The notes beneath the pieces are model-generated. The model made no database searches. It had not been told where the DNA came from and worked only from the letters and a program-made list of their open reading frames with translations. A program made the position numbers and the translations under genes. Shown here piece after piece: positions 11,501 through 22,642 of a stretch of DNA of 64,000 nucleotides. The stretch spans positions 32,001 to 96,000 of the forward strand of contig CAWDOY010000009.1 in the NCBI GenBank assembly GCA_963803975.1, given 5' to 3'. How positions within the stretch are numbered: the first letter of the stretch is position 1; every line of letters begins with the position of its first letter. This DNA is from an uncultured delta proteobacterium (GTDB lineage: Bacteria; Desulfobacterota; WTBG01; CAIYCZ01).

Positions 11501-13173
11501 CGGCCTGCTGCGCGCTTGAACAGATATTTACCGGCGTATTCGCAGTCCAGCCAGATTTCAAAATACTGATACCCGTGGTCCAGCCGCGTATCCGCTTCGA
11601 TTTCAACCCGGTGCCACGTGCCAGCCGCCACGCTGCTGCGGATAAACTCCCGCAGTTCTTCCCCGCCGTTCACCAGTTCTGAATACAGGTTGCGCTCTTT
11701 GGTAAAGGTAAGTGTTACCCCGTATTCATCACTCCCCCTGGTGCTGTCAAAAACCTTGACCCGGAAGTCCTGGTTCGTCGCTGGCGCAACCCACAGGTCA
11801 AAGGAAAGCTTCAGTGCCGCAACACCGCCCGCCTCGCTGGTAAATCTGATGCTTCCCGGATGCAGCCGCACTGCGCTGTTGCCGCTGTGGCTGGGGTCAG
11901 GATCATCCGCCTGGTTAACCGTTCCGGTCACCGCTGCCCACTGAGGGCTGATGCCGGCCTGAAAATCATCTGCGAACAGCGCGCGCTCCGGCGCGTAGTC
12001 AATCTCCACGCTCCCGGTACCGCCGGCATTGCTTTTACTGATAATGCGCCCCTGCCGATCATAGCCGTACGTGGCGACAATATTGTCATTGTCGTCAATC
12101 ACTCTGGTGAGATTGTGTGGCTCATCGGGATCAGAGTAAATAAACTGTTTTCTTGAGCCGTCCGGATAACTAATTACCGCCAGGTTTTCATTCTCATATA
12201 AAAAGACGTGCTGGCTGCCGTTCGGGTCGGTGGCGGTTTTCAGGTGGTTATCCTCATAGGTAAACCGCAGTTCCCTGCCATGGTCATCGGCAGCCTTCTG
12301 CAGCAGCCCGTCCGTGGTATAGGTCAGGGTCAGCGTGTTATTGCTGAGGTCCGCTACGCTCGCAAGCCTGCCGCTACTGTTGTATGTGTAGCGCGTGCCG
12401 TCCCTCAGCGTTGATATAAACACCGCGCCCTGTTTGCGCAATATGCTTCTGTCATAGGGTGCCGACTCATAGGTCCCGTCACCGCGTGAATGATAGACCC
12501 AGCCGAATCCGGTTTCACCCCGTATGGTAACAGTGCCCGAGGATGAATTTTCATGGAGGGTGAGCATATACGTATGCGACCAGCCCTTCCCCATGCCCCG
12601 GTCAAGCTGCAGCTTATTATTATAGTGAATCTCAAACTGCGGTGCCGGGCTGTGTGGCGCTAATTTCATCAGGGTGAGCATAAAGCCGCCACCGCCGCCT
12701 CCTCCACTGCCGGGACCACCGCCGCCAGGACCGCCGCCGCCAAGACAGCACATATCTTTAGGGCAGTCAGGAGGTGGAAACCCGCCGCCATCAGGAGAGC
12801 ACGTAGTATAATATTCATCCGAGCAATAAATGCGTGTGCCATGATGCATTTCCTGGCACTGCGCCATGCTGTCGTAAGCGCAGAGGTCAATGGGAAAGCA
12901 GGTGGGCTGGCAGAGGCATGAGTCACCCCCGCAGTCATACTGCCGTTCATACGCGGCATATTTTATAAACGGATACCCGTAGAGTTCGCCCACCCACGGT
13001 TCGCACCACTGTTCCACATATACCGGCATGTAGGGGGCCCGGTTACAGCTGTTGCCGAGGCAGGCAGAAGGGAAATCAACCAGGTAGGGACAATCCCCGG
13101 CTGCCCTGGAGGAGAAGCCAAAGACAGATAATAATATTATGAGCGCTGCTGTTCTGTTAAATGTTCGCACCAT
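8504..13173 (-). CDS. Rhs/YD-repeat polymorphic toxin with signal peptide and PLA2-like C-terminal tip; split into at least 6 ORFs by indels
   Basis: Consecutive fragments 13173-11428, 11431-10808, 10884-10060, 10013-9429, 9300-8635 and 8716-8504; YD repeats; core end YYHNDHLGTP...[34 protein letters not shown]...YVYAENNP; tip CCNDHDMC. Confidence 0.88.
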
Positions 13174-13184
13174 ATTCTGTTCTG

Positions 13185-15879
13185 TTAATCGCAGTTTGTT
13201 TTCAGCGTTTTCCTGAACGCACCCGCGCCACCCATTACTCTCAGCGATCTATTCACTGCTGCGGCCGGGCCATAGCGGTTCGTGGCGCCGCCGGTCTCAA
13301 CTTCCTCCAGCAAATACTGCCAGCGATTGCCCGGCCGCGGCGGAACATCAGTATAGGAGTACCGGGCACCGGTTGTCGCACTGCCCTGTGCCGGGATCAG
13401 TGACGTATTAATTTTCTGATAATCGCCCTGTACCGCTGACTTGCGATACAGGTTAAACCCCGCGGTTCTATTCTCCGTCTCAGTCTCCCACTGTATAATG
13501 ACCCCCATTTGCGTGGGGGTTGCGCTGAAGCGCGAAACCTTAACAGCAGTGGGAGGCGCCTGACCGGTTTTATTAACCGCGAGCCGGTTTCCTACCCGGT
13601 CATAGGCATAGGTGATCGCTGAGCCGTCCGGATACAGCGCAGCGATGAGCCGCCCCAGAGCGTCATAGCGATAGGTTACCGCATTATCTGCGGGCTCCTG
13701 ATTTCCCGCAATAAAGAACCCGACCCGCACAATATCGGTGTAGACAGCGTCTGCGGTATGCACTTCAAGCCTGACCGTGGCAACAGGCTGATCAATGCCG
13801 GTCGTGTCCCACGCTGCCAGCTCCGCATTGAGCCGTGAACTGTAGACCGGACCGCTGATTGATACCCACGAGGCGGGATTTTCTCCGCTGCCGTATTGTA
13901 CCTCATAATACTGGCCTGCTCCCGGCTGGGCAGTGCCGGCTATAATGATTTTAGAACCGGGGGTGAAGAGGCTTCCTGAAACAGGCTGATTAATCCGAGC
14001 GACGGTCTGATTGCCGAGCATGAGCATGCCACGGACCGGCGCTGCCACCCCCGAACTGTTTTCCGCTTCAATCCGGTAAAAGCAGGGGCCGCTTACCACG
14101 CCGCCGCCCGTGCCCGTGCCGTTCCAGATGACCGCGTCACCCGCGCTGGTTCCGGTTGTTGACCAGAGGGTTTCCAACTGCTGGTTTATAATGCTCAGCG
14201 TCCAGGTGGCTGCCTGGGAAAGCGCAAAAGAAATCGTGGTGTGCCCGGTCAGCGGCTCAAACTGCTTCGGGCTCGCGCTGGCAGAGGTGACCCTGAGGGG
14301 CTCGGTGAACTCTTCTTCCAGCCAGGGCTCGTAGCGCACGGTGCTTGAAACCACCGCGGAGGAGCAGAAATCATCGCCTGGGCCGTTTGGGGTGCCCCAG
14401 AAATTAAGCTCCGCGCTGACCGTTTTTTTATTATGCTGATCAATAATATCGTAGAGTGAATTTGCAGTAGAAATTCGAGTTGTGAATCAACACTGAACCG
14501 GCATTCTGGCCATAGAATCGAATCCCGTCGCTTTTACTGTAGCGGATGGTGCTGTGCTGCAGGGTGGATGCCGAGGGTACGCACTCATTAAAAACCAGCG
14601 CAGCATCCAGTTGAGTGGTTGCATTCTGTTCTTTGTGTTCTCCGGCATATTCCACCGTACAGTAATCAAGTCGGCTGTTTTCAGCGCTGGGACTCCAGGT
14701 AAAGCTAATGCCGTCCCAGTACTGGCCGGGGCTGATAGCGGTCAGGACAACAGGGTGCGCCTTGGTACCCTGGGCATTGAGGATGCCCCATCGTTTCTGG
14801 TATGTTGTTCCCCCGCCCAGATTCAAACCCAGGCCGGGACTGAATTTAACGATTGTTCCCGGTTCAATGGTGAGCGTCAGGGTCTTTCCGGCGCTGTCAG
14901 GGATTGTTATATCCTTCTCCCGCACCAGGTAGGGGATACCAAAGTTGTGCCAGGTTATGTTCTCAAAAATGTTGCGGCCGATTACTTCAATTGCCTGCTG
15001 GCCGTTATCGGAAAACGTATTATCTGCAGCAATGCGCATGATTGCAAGAACGCGCAGAGGATACGAGCCGTTCTCTACAAAACGATTGCCTGCGCCAATA
15101 TCAGGGTTGCAGTTATATCCTGAACAATACAGCCCATACGTCCCGTTGCGGGAGATTTCACAATTCTGAAGCACGGGGGAGCATACACCGGTTACACTGC
15201 TCCCGCTCTGAGACTCTAAACTAATTCCCACCTCTTGATTATTGGTAATAATAGAATTGCTGATCTGTCCGCCGGCATGGATAGTATCACCACTGGCAAA
15301 ATAAAAGCCGTTATGCAAACTGTTATGGATAGTGCAGTACTCTATTAGAACATATGAGCACCGATTTATGACATTGGCCTTACCATTTTCGTTATAGCTA
15401 TCCGGTGCAGCGCCATACTCAATAACGCAGTGACTCAATTTATTATACAGTCCCGCACATTGTCCTGTCGGCGGTAACCACATGAAGGATATTCCCTTCC
15501 AATACTGGCCGGCAACATTTGTGGTGAATGTGATGGGGTATTTGTCACTTCCCTGAGCTATGAGGAATCCATATTCTTTATTAGAAAAATTTCGTCCTAT
15601 TCGCATCCCCTTCCCTGGATTGAATTTAATAATAACAGGGGCTTCACCGCCGCCGGTAAGGGCTGTAGTAATCGTGAGGGTGGCACAATTAATTAAACTG
15701 ATATCAGAGGTGACAATGTAGGGGCTGCCGTCAGGCGTCCAGGTTTGATTGGAGGAGTAGGTCCCTCCCACGTTGGTCGGGCCGGCTGCGTAGGCTGTCG
15801 AGGAAAACAGCAGCAGGAAACAGATTAGTAACTTCTGAAAAAATACAGAAACCCTGAATGCTTTATGCATGCAGCGCAC
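13185..15879 (-). CDS. Secreted protein: right-handed beta-helix + FlgD/Ig-like domains + short YD module + C-terminal PTAV/FN3-like domain (one frameshift near 14462)
   Basis: Signal peptide; parallel beta-helix repeats; bridging sequence SLYDIIDQHNKKTVSAELNFWGTPNGP is in frame with ORF 14354-13185; YDALGRL...YAYDRVGNR. Confidence 0.75.
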
Positions 15880-15965
15880 CGGTAAGAATTATCGCCAATT
15901 TTTTGCAGATCCCGTTGAGTAGCAGTATGCCTGTCCCAATGGCTGCAAAAAGAAATGCCTGCTGG

Positions 15966-16616
15966 CTATCTCTCCATGATGCTTTCTATCTGAATATCCC
16001 GTGAGAGCGTTACGATGTGGGTCCAGTTCTTGTTATATTTTTTCCCCAGCTCACGCGGGTCTTCGATCTTTCCGTCAAGCTCAAAGTTTGAAAACACATC
16101 TCCGTCCCGCGTCACAAACACCAGGTGTCCCTGCCGGTAGGTGTCCTTGAATTCCAGAATGTCATAGATGGTGCCGGGCATGAGCGCCGCGCACAGCCAC
16201 GCGCTGTCATCGCAGTCGCCGTACATTTTCACGCACGTCGCCCACGGCTGGGTGATGGTATCGAGTTTGCCCCCCGCCGGGTCCTGCTTATAGGAAAACA
16301 TGTTCAATGCCTGGCCAAGCGCTCTGGGCCCGGCTTCAGCCGCCATTTTGAGCTGGTTGAGCTTTGATTCTCCCAGGGCCTTTTGCCCGCCGTAGAGCTG
16401 CTCGTCAATGTCCACCTTGGCAAGAGACGCCGTCCGCCACAGGCTCATGAGCACCCTGATCTGCAACTCATAGGTTGCCTCCACAACTTCCGGAGGGACT
16501 TTGGGCTTTGCTGTGCGGTGCTTTTTATGCCCGCCGACACCACCGCATCCGCACAGTATTATAGATAAAATGATTATTGTAAGCGCTGTATGTTTCATAT
16601 ATCCATAATTTGCCAT
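15966..16616 (-). CDS. Putative lipoprotein with a transglutaminase-like cysteine protease motif
   Basis: Lipobox-like ILCGC; GDCDDSA followed by a His-bearing strand (GHLVFV). Confidence 0.55.
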   Translation of the reverse strand: MANYGYMKHTALTIIILSIILCGCGGVGGHKKHRTAKPKVPPEVVEATYELQIRVLMSLWRTASLAKVDIDEQLYGGQKALGESKLNQLKMAAEAGPRALGQALNMFSYKQDPAGGKLDTITQPWATCVKMYGDCDDSAWLCAALMPGTIYDILEFKDTYRQGHLVFVTRDGDVFSNFELDGKIEDPRELGKKYNKNWTHIVTLSRDIQIESIMER

Positions 16617-17000
16617 AATAATGTATCGCTATAAAAAATAACTGATTATATTTTATTTTCTTATTTGACAAAGTCTTACCTATCATGAGCTTTTAATATA
16701 AGTCAATCACTTATTAGTTCCTGTAGAAAATTATTTGCTCTTTATGGTCAGTAATTATTTTATATGTATATAAAAATATATTTTGACATTTAAAAACTGA
16801 ATATATAGTGTTTTAGTGTGTTGCTCAAATGCTGCATTAGAATGCAGCCCTGTAGAGATGGTCTATGCCAGGCAGCAGGGAGGGGCTGAGTAAGCATGAA
16901 TCTTGGGGGAGAAATTTTAAACCTGCTGAGAAGAAAATATTCTGTAATGTCACAGAGGCATTTGTGTTAAAATATATATAGATATAGAGCTGCCATAGAT

Positions 17001-18000
17001 GTGTGCATGAAACAGTTTAATTTTCACAGACAAATATCACCGCTTTTTTTACTGCTGACTCTGCTGGCACTCATAACCGGCTGTGCCACAAAGAGAGAAC
17101 AGACAATAGTGCCGGCCTACCCCGGCCTCTATACGGGTGCGGCGTTGCCTGGAGAAGGTGAAACAATATTTGATCGTGAAGCGGCGGACGACTTCATCTT
17201 CGACACCCCTCAGCCGGAACAGACAGACACCTGTTCAGGCACTGCCGGCAGGGAAGCCCCCTATTATGGCCCAGCCGGATGGCGCTATACCCCCTATTAC
17301 GGTTATGGCCGCACCTTTGACCCGTTCGACCCGTATTACTGCGACCCGTTCCTGGGCGAGCCGTTCTGCTCCAGTTACAAATCGTTCCACGACCCGTACT
17401 GGTATTATTATAATGCGTACTTCTATCCCTATCAGCCCTACTACCCATTCTATCCCTATTTCCCCTATTACGGCTACTATTACTATGATGATGATGACGA
17501 TCACCATCACAAAAGAGGCTTCTGGCATAGTCTTAAGCACCGGGCTGACGAGCGCAAAGACGCCCGCGATAACCGGGTCAATGAATGGCGCGAAAAAAGA
17601 AAAGACGCGTGGGATGAAATTCAGGATGCCATCCGCGACCGGCGCGACGCGCGCATGGAGCAGTGGCAGGGCATCAGGGACCGGGCGCAAGACCAACGCG
17701 AGGAGCGTGTAGAGCACTTGCAGGATTTCCGCGGCCGCGTGCAGGACCGCGTCCGGGAGATGGGAGAAGAGCGCAGGGAGCGCTGGGACAATTTTTCCAA
17801 CAATGCGGGGAACGCGTTTTCAAGGATTGGGGAGCAGCGGCAGGAGCGGATAGAACAACGGCGGGACTTCTTTAAAGAGCGCGGCCTGCTCCGCAATGAT
17901 AATCACCAGCCCCTTGTTAATCGGGGCGATAACTAATAATGGCAGCGGGAACGGACTCTTCAACGGCGGCGTATTGCGCGGCTGGGGCGGCAGGCGGTAA
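17001..18000 (+). CDS. Lipoprotein with a Tyr/Pro-rich tract and an Arg/Glu/Asp-rich helical tail
   Basis: Lipobox LITGC. The ORF stops at 17936, but a shifted frame continues NNGSGNGLFNGGVLRGWGGRR* to 18000. Confidence 0.65.
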
Positions 18001-18117
18001 CAGCGGTGACTTGTTGGAAAAGAAAATATGGCAGATAAAAGAAGAGCGCAAAGGTTGCGCAAACGCCTGACAGCTGAACGCGCCTGCGGGAAATTTTAGT
18101 TTAAGCCAGATACCCCA

Positions 18118-18153
18118 AAGGCGGAGCCGTTGCTGGCTCCGCCTTATTTTTTG
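18118..18153. terminator. Intrinsic terminator
   Basis: AAGGCGGAGCC-loop-GGCTCCGCCTT followed by ATTTTTT. Confidence 0.8.
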
Positions 18154-18276
18154 ATATTATTGTAATCCGATAGTCATGGTCATCGTCAATGCAGTCCTCT
18201 TTGCCATGCTTGTGCCTGGATTAAATATCTACTGAGCATCGGTTTTTTCAAGCTCTCAAAAATTACTGCTTTTAGC

Positions 18277-21138
18277 TTACCCGACCGTTGCCAGGGCCTC
18301 AAGCGGCAGGCGCTCAACCGCAAGCACCTTGTGAAATTTTCCATGTCCGATGCGGGCGATCTCCCGGGCAAGCTGCTCGCCCTGGCTTTCTCCCTGGCTG
18401 ATAAAGATGACTGAGATCTTAATGTCCTTGCGGCTGGTTTTCCCTGCTTCGGTGAGCGCGTGCTGGGTGCCGATGAGTTCTTTCCGCTCCATGCTTATCT
18501 CGCGCGAGTAGGAGACCACGCGCCGGGTGTCGCGGCTTGCGTCCTGTTCTTCGATGAGCGCTGCGTTGGGCTGGCCGTCGGTTATGAGCACGATGTACTT
18601 GGGGTTGCTGTTTTTTTCTTTGAGCAGTATGCGCCGCGCGCAGATGAGGCCGTTGCCGATGTTGGTGTACTGCTCGGCCTTCATGGTCATGGCGGCTTCA
18701 AGGATGGGCTGCATCTTGTCGGTGAGCGGCACCACCACCTGCCCCAGGTTGGAGAATGATACAATGCCCACCCGGTCCTGCTTTGCCAGGGCCGCCTTTG
18801 CCAGTTCCGCGATCGCCATCTTGGCATAGCGCAGCTTGGCATGGTCTTTCATCGATGCTGAGACATCAACGCAGATGGCGACATCAAGCTGCTGCGAGGG
18901 CCTCTTCTCAAACGAGCGCAGGTCCGAGCGGTTGATATCATCAATCGCTTTTCCCTTTCTCATGAGCCGGCGCAGGCTGTGGCGGACCGAGATGTGGCGG
19001 AACACGTCGCCGGTGCGAAAGCGCCGCACATCGCTTTTGTCTATCTCCATTTCCGGCTTGAATGCGCGCCGCGCAAGAGACTGGCTCTGCTGGCGCTTCA
19101 CCAGCTTCTCCAGGAGTTTGCCCAGGGCAAGGCTTGAAAGGGTAAAGCGCTTGCCCCCCTCCCCGAGCGCTACCATCCCCTTCTTTTCCAGGTCGTGGAT
19201 GAGAATTTTCAGCTTCTCGTAATCAATCTTCTGCTGGGAAACTTCCAGCCCCTTTTTTTCGCTCAGGGTGTAGTGCACGTAGAGGTCTTCCAGAGAGGAA
19301 GTCTGGGAGCGGCCCTGGTGCTGAAAGTCCATGAGCTCGGCCAGCATCTCCCCGAGAGCCTTTGGCGGAATGGAAATCTTTTCTCCTTTTGCCCCCGGCG
19401 GCTTGGGCATCCCCTTGGCATTGTTCAGGTATTTGGCAAGCTCTTCAGGGGTTATCTCCCCCGTGGCCAGCATCTCCTCAAGGCTCTTTTTCAAGTGCTT
19501 CTGCCCTTCATCGCTCATCGTCATATCCGAGGAGCCGGAGAGATCAAGGTAGCCCCGGTCTTCAAGCTCTTTCAGCAGGTCCTGGTAGTTTTGCTGCATG
19601 TTATTGAGCAGGCCCTTCTCCATGGCATCTTTTAACGCCTGCTGCACCAGCGGGTGGTTCATCGCTTCCTCGGCAAACCCCGGATTATCAAGCGGCAGCC
19701 CCTCTCCGGGACCAAGCTGGCGCACAGCCGCATCAGTAAGCCCCATGAGGGCCCGGGCAATCTCCTCGGGCGTGAGCGGCCGTGCAGGACCCGGCGCGCG
19801 CTCCTGTGCTTCGGGGAACAGCGGGATGCTATACACCACCCGGCTGATAATGCTTTTCAGGATTTCTGCAATGGAAGCGTCTTCACCGGGGCTCGCCTGA
19901 TTGCGATGGCAGAGCGCAATACAGGCAGCCTCGGCAAGCGTCCTGCGGGTAACCCGCCCGCGCAGCAGCCCGTAGGCCTGGGCAATGTCCCGGGTGGCAA
20001 GGGTGCCGCGCACCCCGCCCGGCCGGGCAATGAGCGGATGGTGCCTGGTTGCCCCGGCTATGGCGCTTGCAAGGCGGTCAACCTCGTCAGGCGACAATTC
20101 CTCGCGCATCCGCTTCTGCAGCAGCTCATCAAGCACTTTTTCCATTTCACCGGACAAACCCGGCACGGTATGTTCACCGCCTGACAGCTCGCACACATCC
20201 AGCGGCGCCATGCGCAGACTACCCTGCTCCTGCGGTTCCGGAAATTTGTATATCTCTCCGTAGAGAGCTTTTTTATCCAGAAATGTTTTTGCCAGCGAAG
20301 GCAGGTCGAGCGCATGGGGCAATGAATACAGCACCAGCACCGTGCTGCCTTTCGCTTTCGCAAACCCTTCGTAGCGGCACAGGTCAAGGAGCCTGCTTAC
20401 CGTGTAGCAGGCCTCGTTGATGGCGTTTTCCCGTTCAAGGTTCAAGTCAAGCCCGGTGGAAAATACCGAGTTCATAAGGCGTGCGGCCTTTTTCCCCAGG
20501 GCCTGCTCGCTGCCGCCTGGATGAGCCTGTTCGGCAAAGAGGTTGTCAGCGGAGGCAAGAAGCTCGCTGTAGGTTTTCTGGTACTGGGAGGAAATGAGAT
20601 GCGGCCGCGCTGCCAGGGGCACGAGCGGAAGCCGTGAGCGATAGCAGTAGGCTGCAAGCTCCGGCAGAAAATCCCCCGGCTGAAAAATGCTTTCTTCATG
20701 GCAGGCCTGGCCCTCGCACAGGCCGACCCGGGCAGGTATCTTCAGGGCATAGAGCAGGGAAAAGCCGTAGTGCAGCGCTGCCCCTGCAGCAGCCGCAGAA
20801 GCATCGATGGCAATGGCTGCAGGCTGCAGCTTCCGTATGAACGGGGCAAGGTATGCCTTTACATTGATGCCGCGGCAGGGATAGGGGATAAAGGTCAGGT
20901 CTCTGACGGTTGCGGTGCGGGAAACATGTTCCGCGTAGGTGCCCTCGAGCCACTGTGATACATAGGAAGCAAGGTCCGGGCTCAGGCGGCGCAGCAGATA
21001 AAGCGGTGCGGCTGCGGTTTCCTCGGGCAGCGGCCCTTTCAGCTTCTTAAGCAGTGCCTGCTCTACATCAGGCAGCCGCGTGCCCCGCCACAGGGCAAGG
21101 CGCAGATCTTCTCTGGTTATGTCAATGGGGGAAACCAT
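18277..21138 (-). CDS. Large VWA-domain protein (ChlD/CoxE-like C-terminus, AAA-lid-like middle, unassigned N-terminus)
   Basis: MIDAS DVSASM, YTNIG and LITDGQPN; DISxxxSLR-like HISVRHSLRR before the VWA domain; lid-like PGGVRGTLATRDIAQAYG. Confidence 0.85.
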   Translation of the reverse strand: MVSPIDITREDLRLALWRGTRLPDVEQALLKKLKGPLPEETAAAPLYLLRRLSPDLASYVSQWLEGTYAEHVSRTATVRDLTFIPYPCRGINVKAYLAPFIRKLQPAAIAIDASAAAAGAALHYGFSLLYALKIPARVGLCEGQACHEESIFQPGDFLPELAAYCYRSRLPLVPLAARPHLISSQYQKTYSELLASADNLFAEQAHPGGSEQALGKKAARLMNSVFSTGLDLNLERENAINEACYTVSRLLDLCRYEGFAKAKGSTVLVLYSLPHALDLPSLAKTFLDKKALYGEIYKFPEPQEQGSLRMAPLDVCELSGGEHTVPGLSGEMEKVLDELLQKRMREELSPDEVDRLASAIAGATRHHPLIARPGGVRGTLATRDIAQAYGLLRGRVTRRTLAEAACIALCHRNQASPGEDASIAEILKSIISRVVYSIPLFPEAQERAPGPARPLTPEEIARALMGLTDAAVRQLGPGEGLPLDNPGFAEEAMNHPLVQQALKDAMEKGLLNNMQQNYQDLLKELEDRGYLDLSGSSDMTMSDEGQKHLKKSLEEMLATGEITPEELAKYLNNAKGMPKPPGAKGEKISIPPKALGEMLAELMDFQHQGRSQTSSLEDLYVHYTLSEKKGLEVSQQKIDYEKLKILIHDLEKKGMVALGEGGKRFTLSSLALGKLLEKLVKRQQSQSLARRAFKPEMEIDKSDVRRFRTGDVFRHISVRHSLRRLMRKGKAIDDINRSDLRSFEKRPSQQLDVAICVDVSASMKDHAKLRYAKMAIAELAKAALAKQDRVGIVSFSNLGQVVVPLTDKMQPILEAAMTMKAEQYTNIGNGLICARRILLKEKNSNPKYIVLITDGQPNAALIEEQDASRDTRRVVSYSREISMERKELIGTQHALTEAGKTSRKDIKISVIFISQGESQGEQLAREIARIGHGKFHKVLAVERLPLEALATVG

Positions 21139-21150
21139 GGGGAACAGGTT

Positions 21151-21307
21151 CTATCAGTTTGTTGAAAAGCTGTTTTTCCCGGGCTGGTCAAAAACATTCA
21201 GATGCAAGGCGCGCGACATCACGAGGAATGAGGCGTACTTCGCAGTACGCTGCAATGACGAGGGATAAGCGCAACGCAGCAGATGGGTGTTTTTCAACAG
21301 CCTGCTA
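21151..21307. mobile_element. MITE-like element of about 155 bp
   Basis: Imperfect terminal inverted repeats TATCAGTTTGTTGAAAAG / TTTTTCAACAGCCTGCTA; non-coding; overlaps the stop codon of the AAA gene. Confidence 0.65.
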
Positions 21308-22327
21308 TTTCTTTTTTGCCTGCTCGATTACTTTTTCGATAAGCAGGTCCTGCTTGTCGTAGTAGCGGCTTTCCGCGCTCACCACCAGCCGGCCCTGAAG
21401 CACCCTGCGGGCGGCCTTTTCCACGTGCTCGGCTTTCACCTGTTTGACATTTTTCAGCCGGGCCAGGGACTGGGCCTGCTCGTAGATGGAAAGGCTGGTG
21501 CGCACGCTGGGCAGCCGTTCAATTTCCTCGGGCATGGCGCGGGCCGCGTTGGAGATGGCGACCGCGCGGTGCAGCATGTCCTCGGGGACGCTGACCGCAT
21601 CGAGTGTTTTCCCGTACTGTTTCAGGATGGTTACCTCGTCTTCAAAATCCGGGTAGCTGATCCTGATCTCTTCAAACCGGTCAGAGAGGGTTTCGCTCAC
21701 CCGCTCAACGCCGGCAAATTCCTCGGGGTTCTCGGTTGCCACCACCAGCGTGTCAACCTGCGAGGTGAAGTCAAAACCGGCAATGGTGGTGATGCCCTCT
21801 TCCAGAACCTGCACCAGGGTGTTCTGGGTGCGCTGCGGCACGCGGTTGAGCTCATCAATAAACAGGATTTTCCGGTGCGCCTTCTGGATTTTTCCCGGCG
21901 TGAACGCCCGCGGGTCCTGGATGCCCAGGCGCATGGCCATGACCGGGTCAAGGTCGCCCATCAGGTCCTCAGGCATCATTTCGGGCGAGCCCTGGATGCG
22001 CACAAAGCGCTTGCTGCCGGGGGTCTTAACTTTTTTATGGCTCTTTTTGCCGCGGCAGTCCGGGCAGGACGGGTCCTCGGGATAGCAGTTGTAGCGGCAG
22101 TCGGCAATGGTTTCCATGGCCGGAAGAAGGGCGGATATTATCCGCGCCAGGGTGGTCTTGCCGGTGCCCGGCGGCCCCTCGAGCAGCAGGTGCCGGCCTG
22201 CCACCAGCACGGCAAGGATTGCCTCGCGCGTCTGCTCATCACAATAAAACCCTTCAAGCGGATTCTCTTTCTTTGCTACCCGGCCCAGTATGGCCTGCCT
22301 CAATTCCTCGCGCAGTGATTTAGCCAT
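21305..22327 (-). CDS. MoxR/ChlI-like AAA+ ATPase
   Basis: Walker A GPPGTGKT, Walker B ILFIDELNR, ATENP, LSDRF; Cys cluster CRYNC...CPDC. Confidence 0.92.
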   Translation of the reverse strand: MAKSLREELRQAILGRVAKKENPLEGFYCDEQTREAILAVLVAGRHLLLEGPPGTGKTTLARIISALLPAMETIADCRYNCYPEDPSCPDCRGKKSHKKVKTPGSKRFVRIQGSPEMMPEDLMGDLDPVMAMRLGIQDPRAFTPGKIQKAHRKILFIDELNRVPQRTQNTLVQVLEEGITTIAGFDFTSQVDTLVVATENPEEFAGVERVSETLSDRFEEIRISYPDFEDEVTILKQYGKTLDAVSVPEDMLHRAVAISNAARAMPEEIERLPSVRTSLSIYEQAQSLARLKNVKQVKAEHVEKAARRVLQGRLVVSAESRYYDKQDLLIEKVIEQAKKK

Positions 22328-22426
22328 GGCGAATTAGCTCCCTGAAATGTTTTGGCTTGCAAGCCTGCAAGCCGTCAATCTTATTTCTTCTGTCTATTGC
22401 CTGTTGCCTGGTGCCTGTTGCCTGCT

Positions 22427-22642
22427 TTAGAAACATCCCAGCTGGCAGTTCTGCACCTTGAGTCCGGCCACATCCAGAAAGGCTTTCATTTTGTTCATCT
22501 GGATATTGTTGTCCTCGGCAAACTTCTGCGACTGATAGCAGCTTATCTTGCCATCCTTGGCTAAACTTTTTAATTTGGCCTCAAGCTCCGGGGTCATCCA
22601 GTCCTCTCGTTTCGGGTTTACAAACATGTCTGCTCTGGTCAC
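22427..22642 (-). CDS. Small conserved protein ending in CQLGCF
   Basis: AGGAGG SD; GKISC...KVQNCQLGCF pattern seen in small proteins of anaerobes; function not established. Confidence 0.75.
   Translation of the reverse strand: MTRADMFVNPKREDWMTPELEAKLKSLAKDGKISCYQSQKFAEDNNIQMNKMKAFLDVAGLKVQNCQLGCF

Noticed and set aside
8504..13173. Type VI secretion effector locus
   Set aside because: No PAAR, VgrG, Hcp or EagR genes nearby, and the Rhs has a Sec-type signal peptide.
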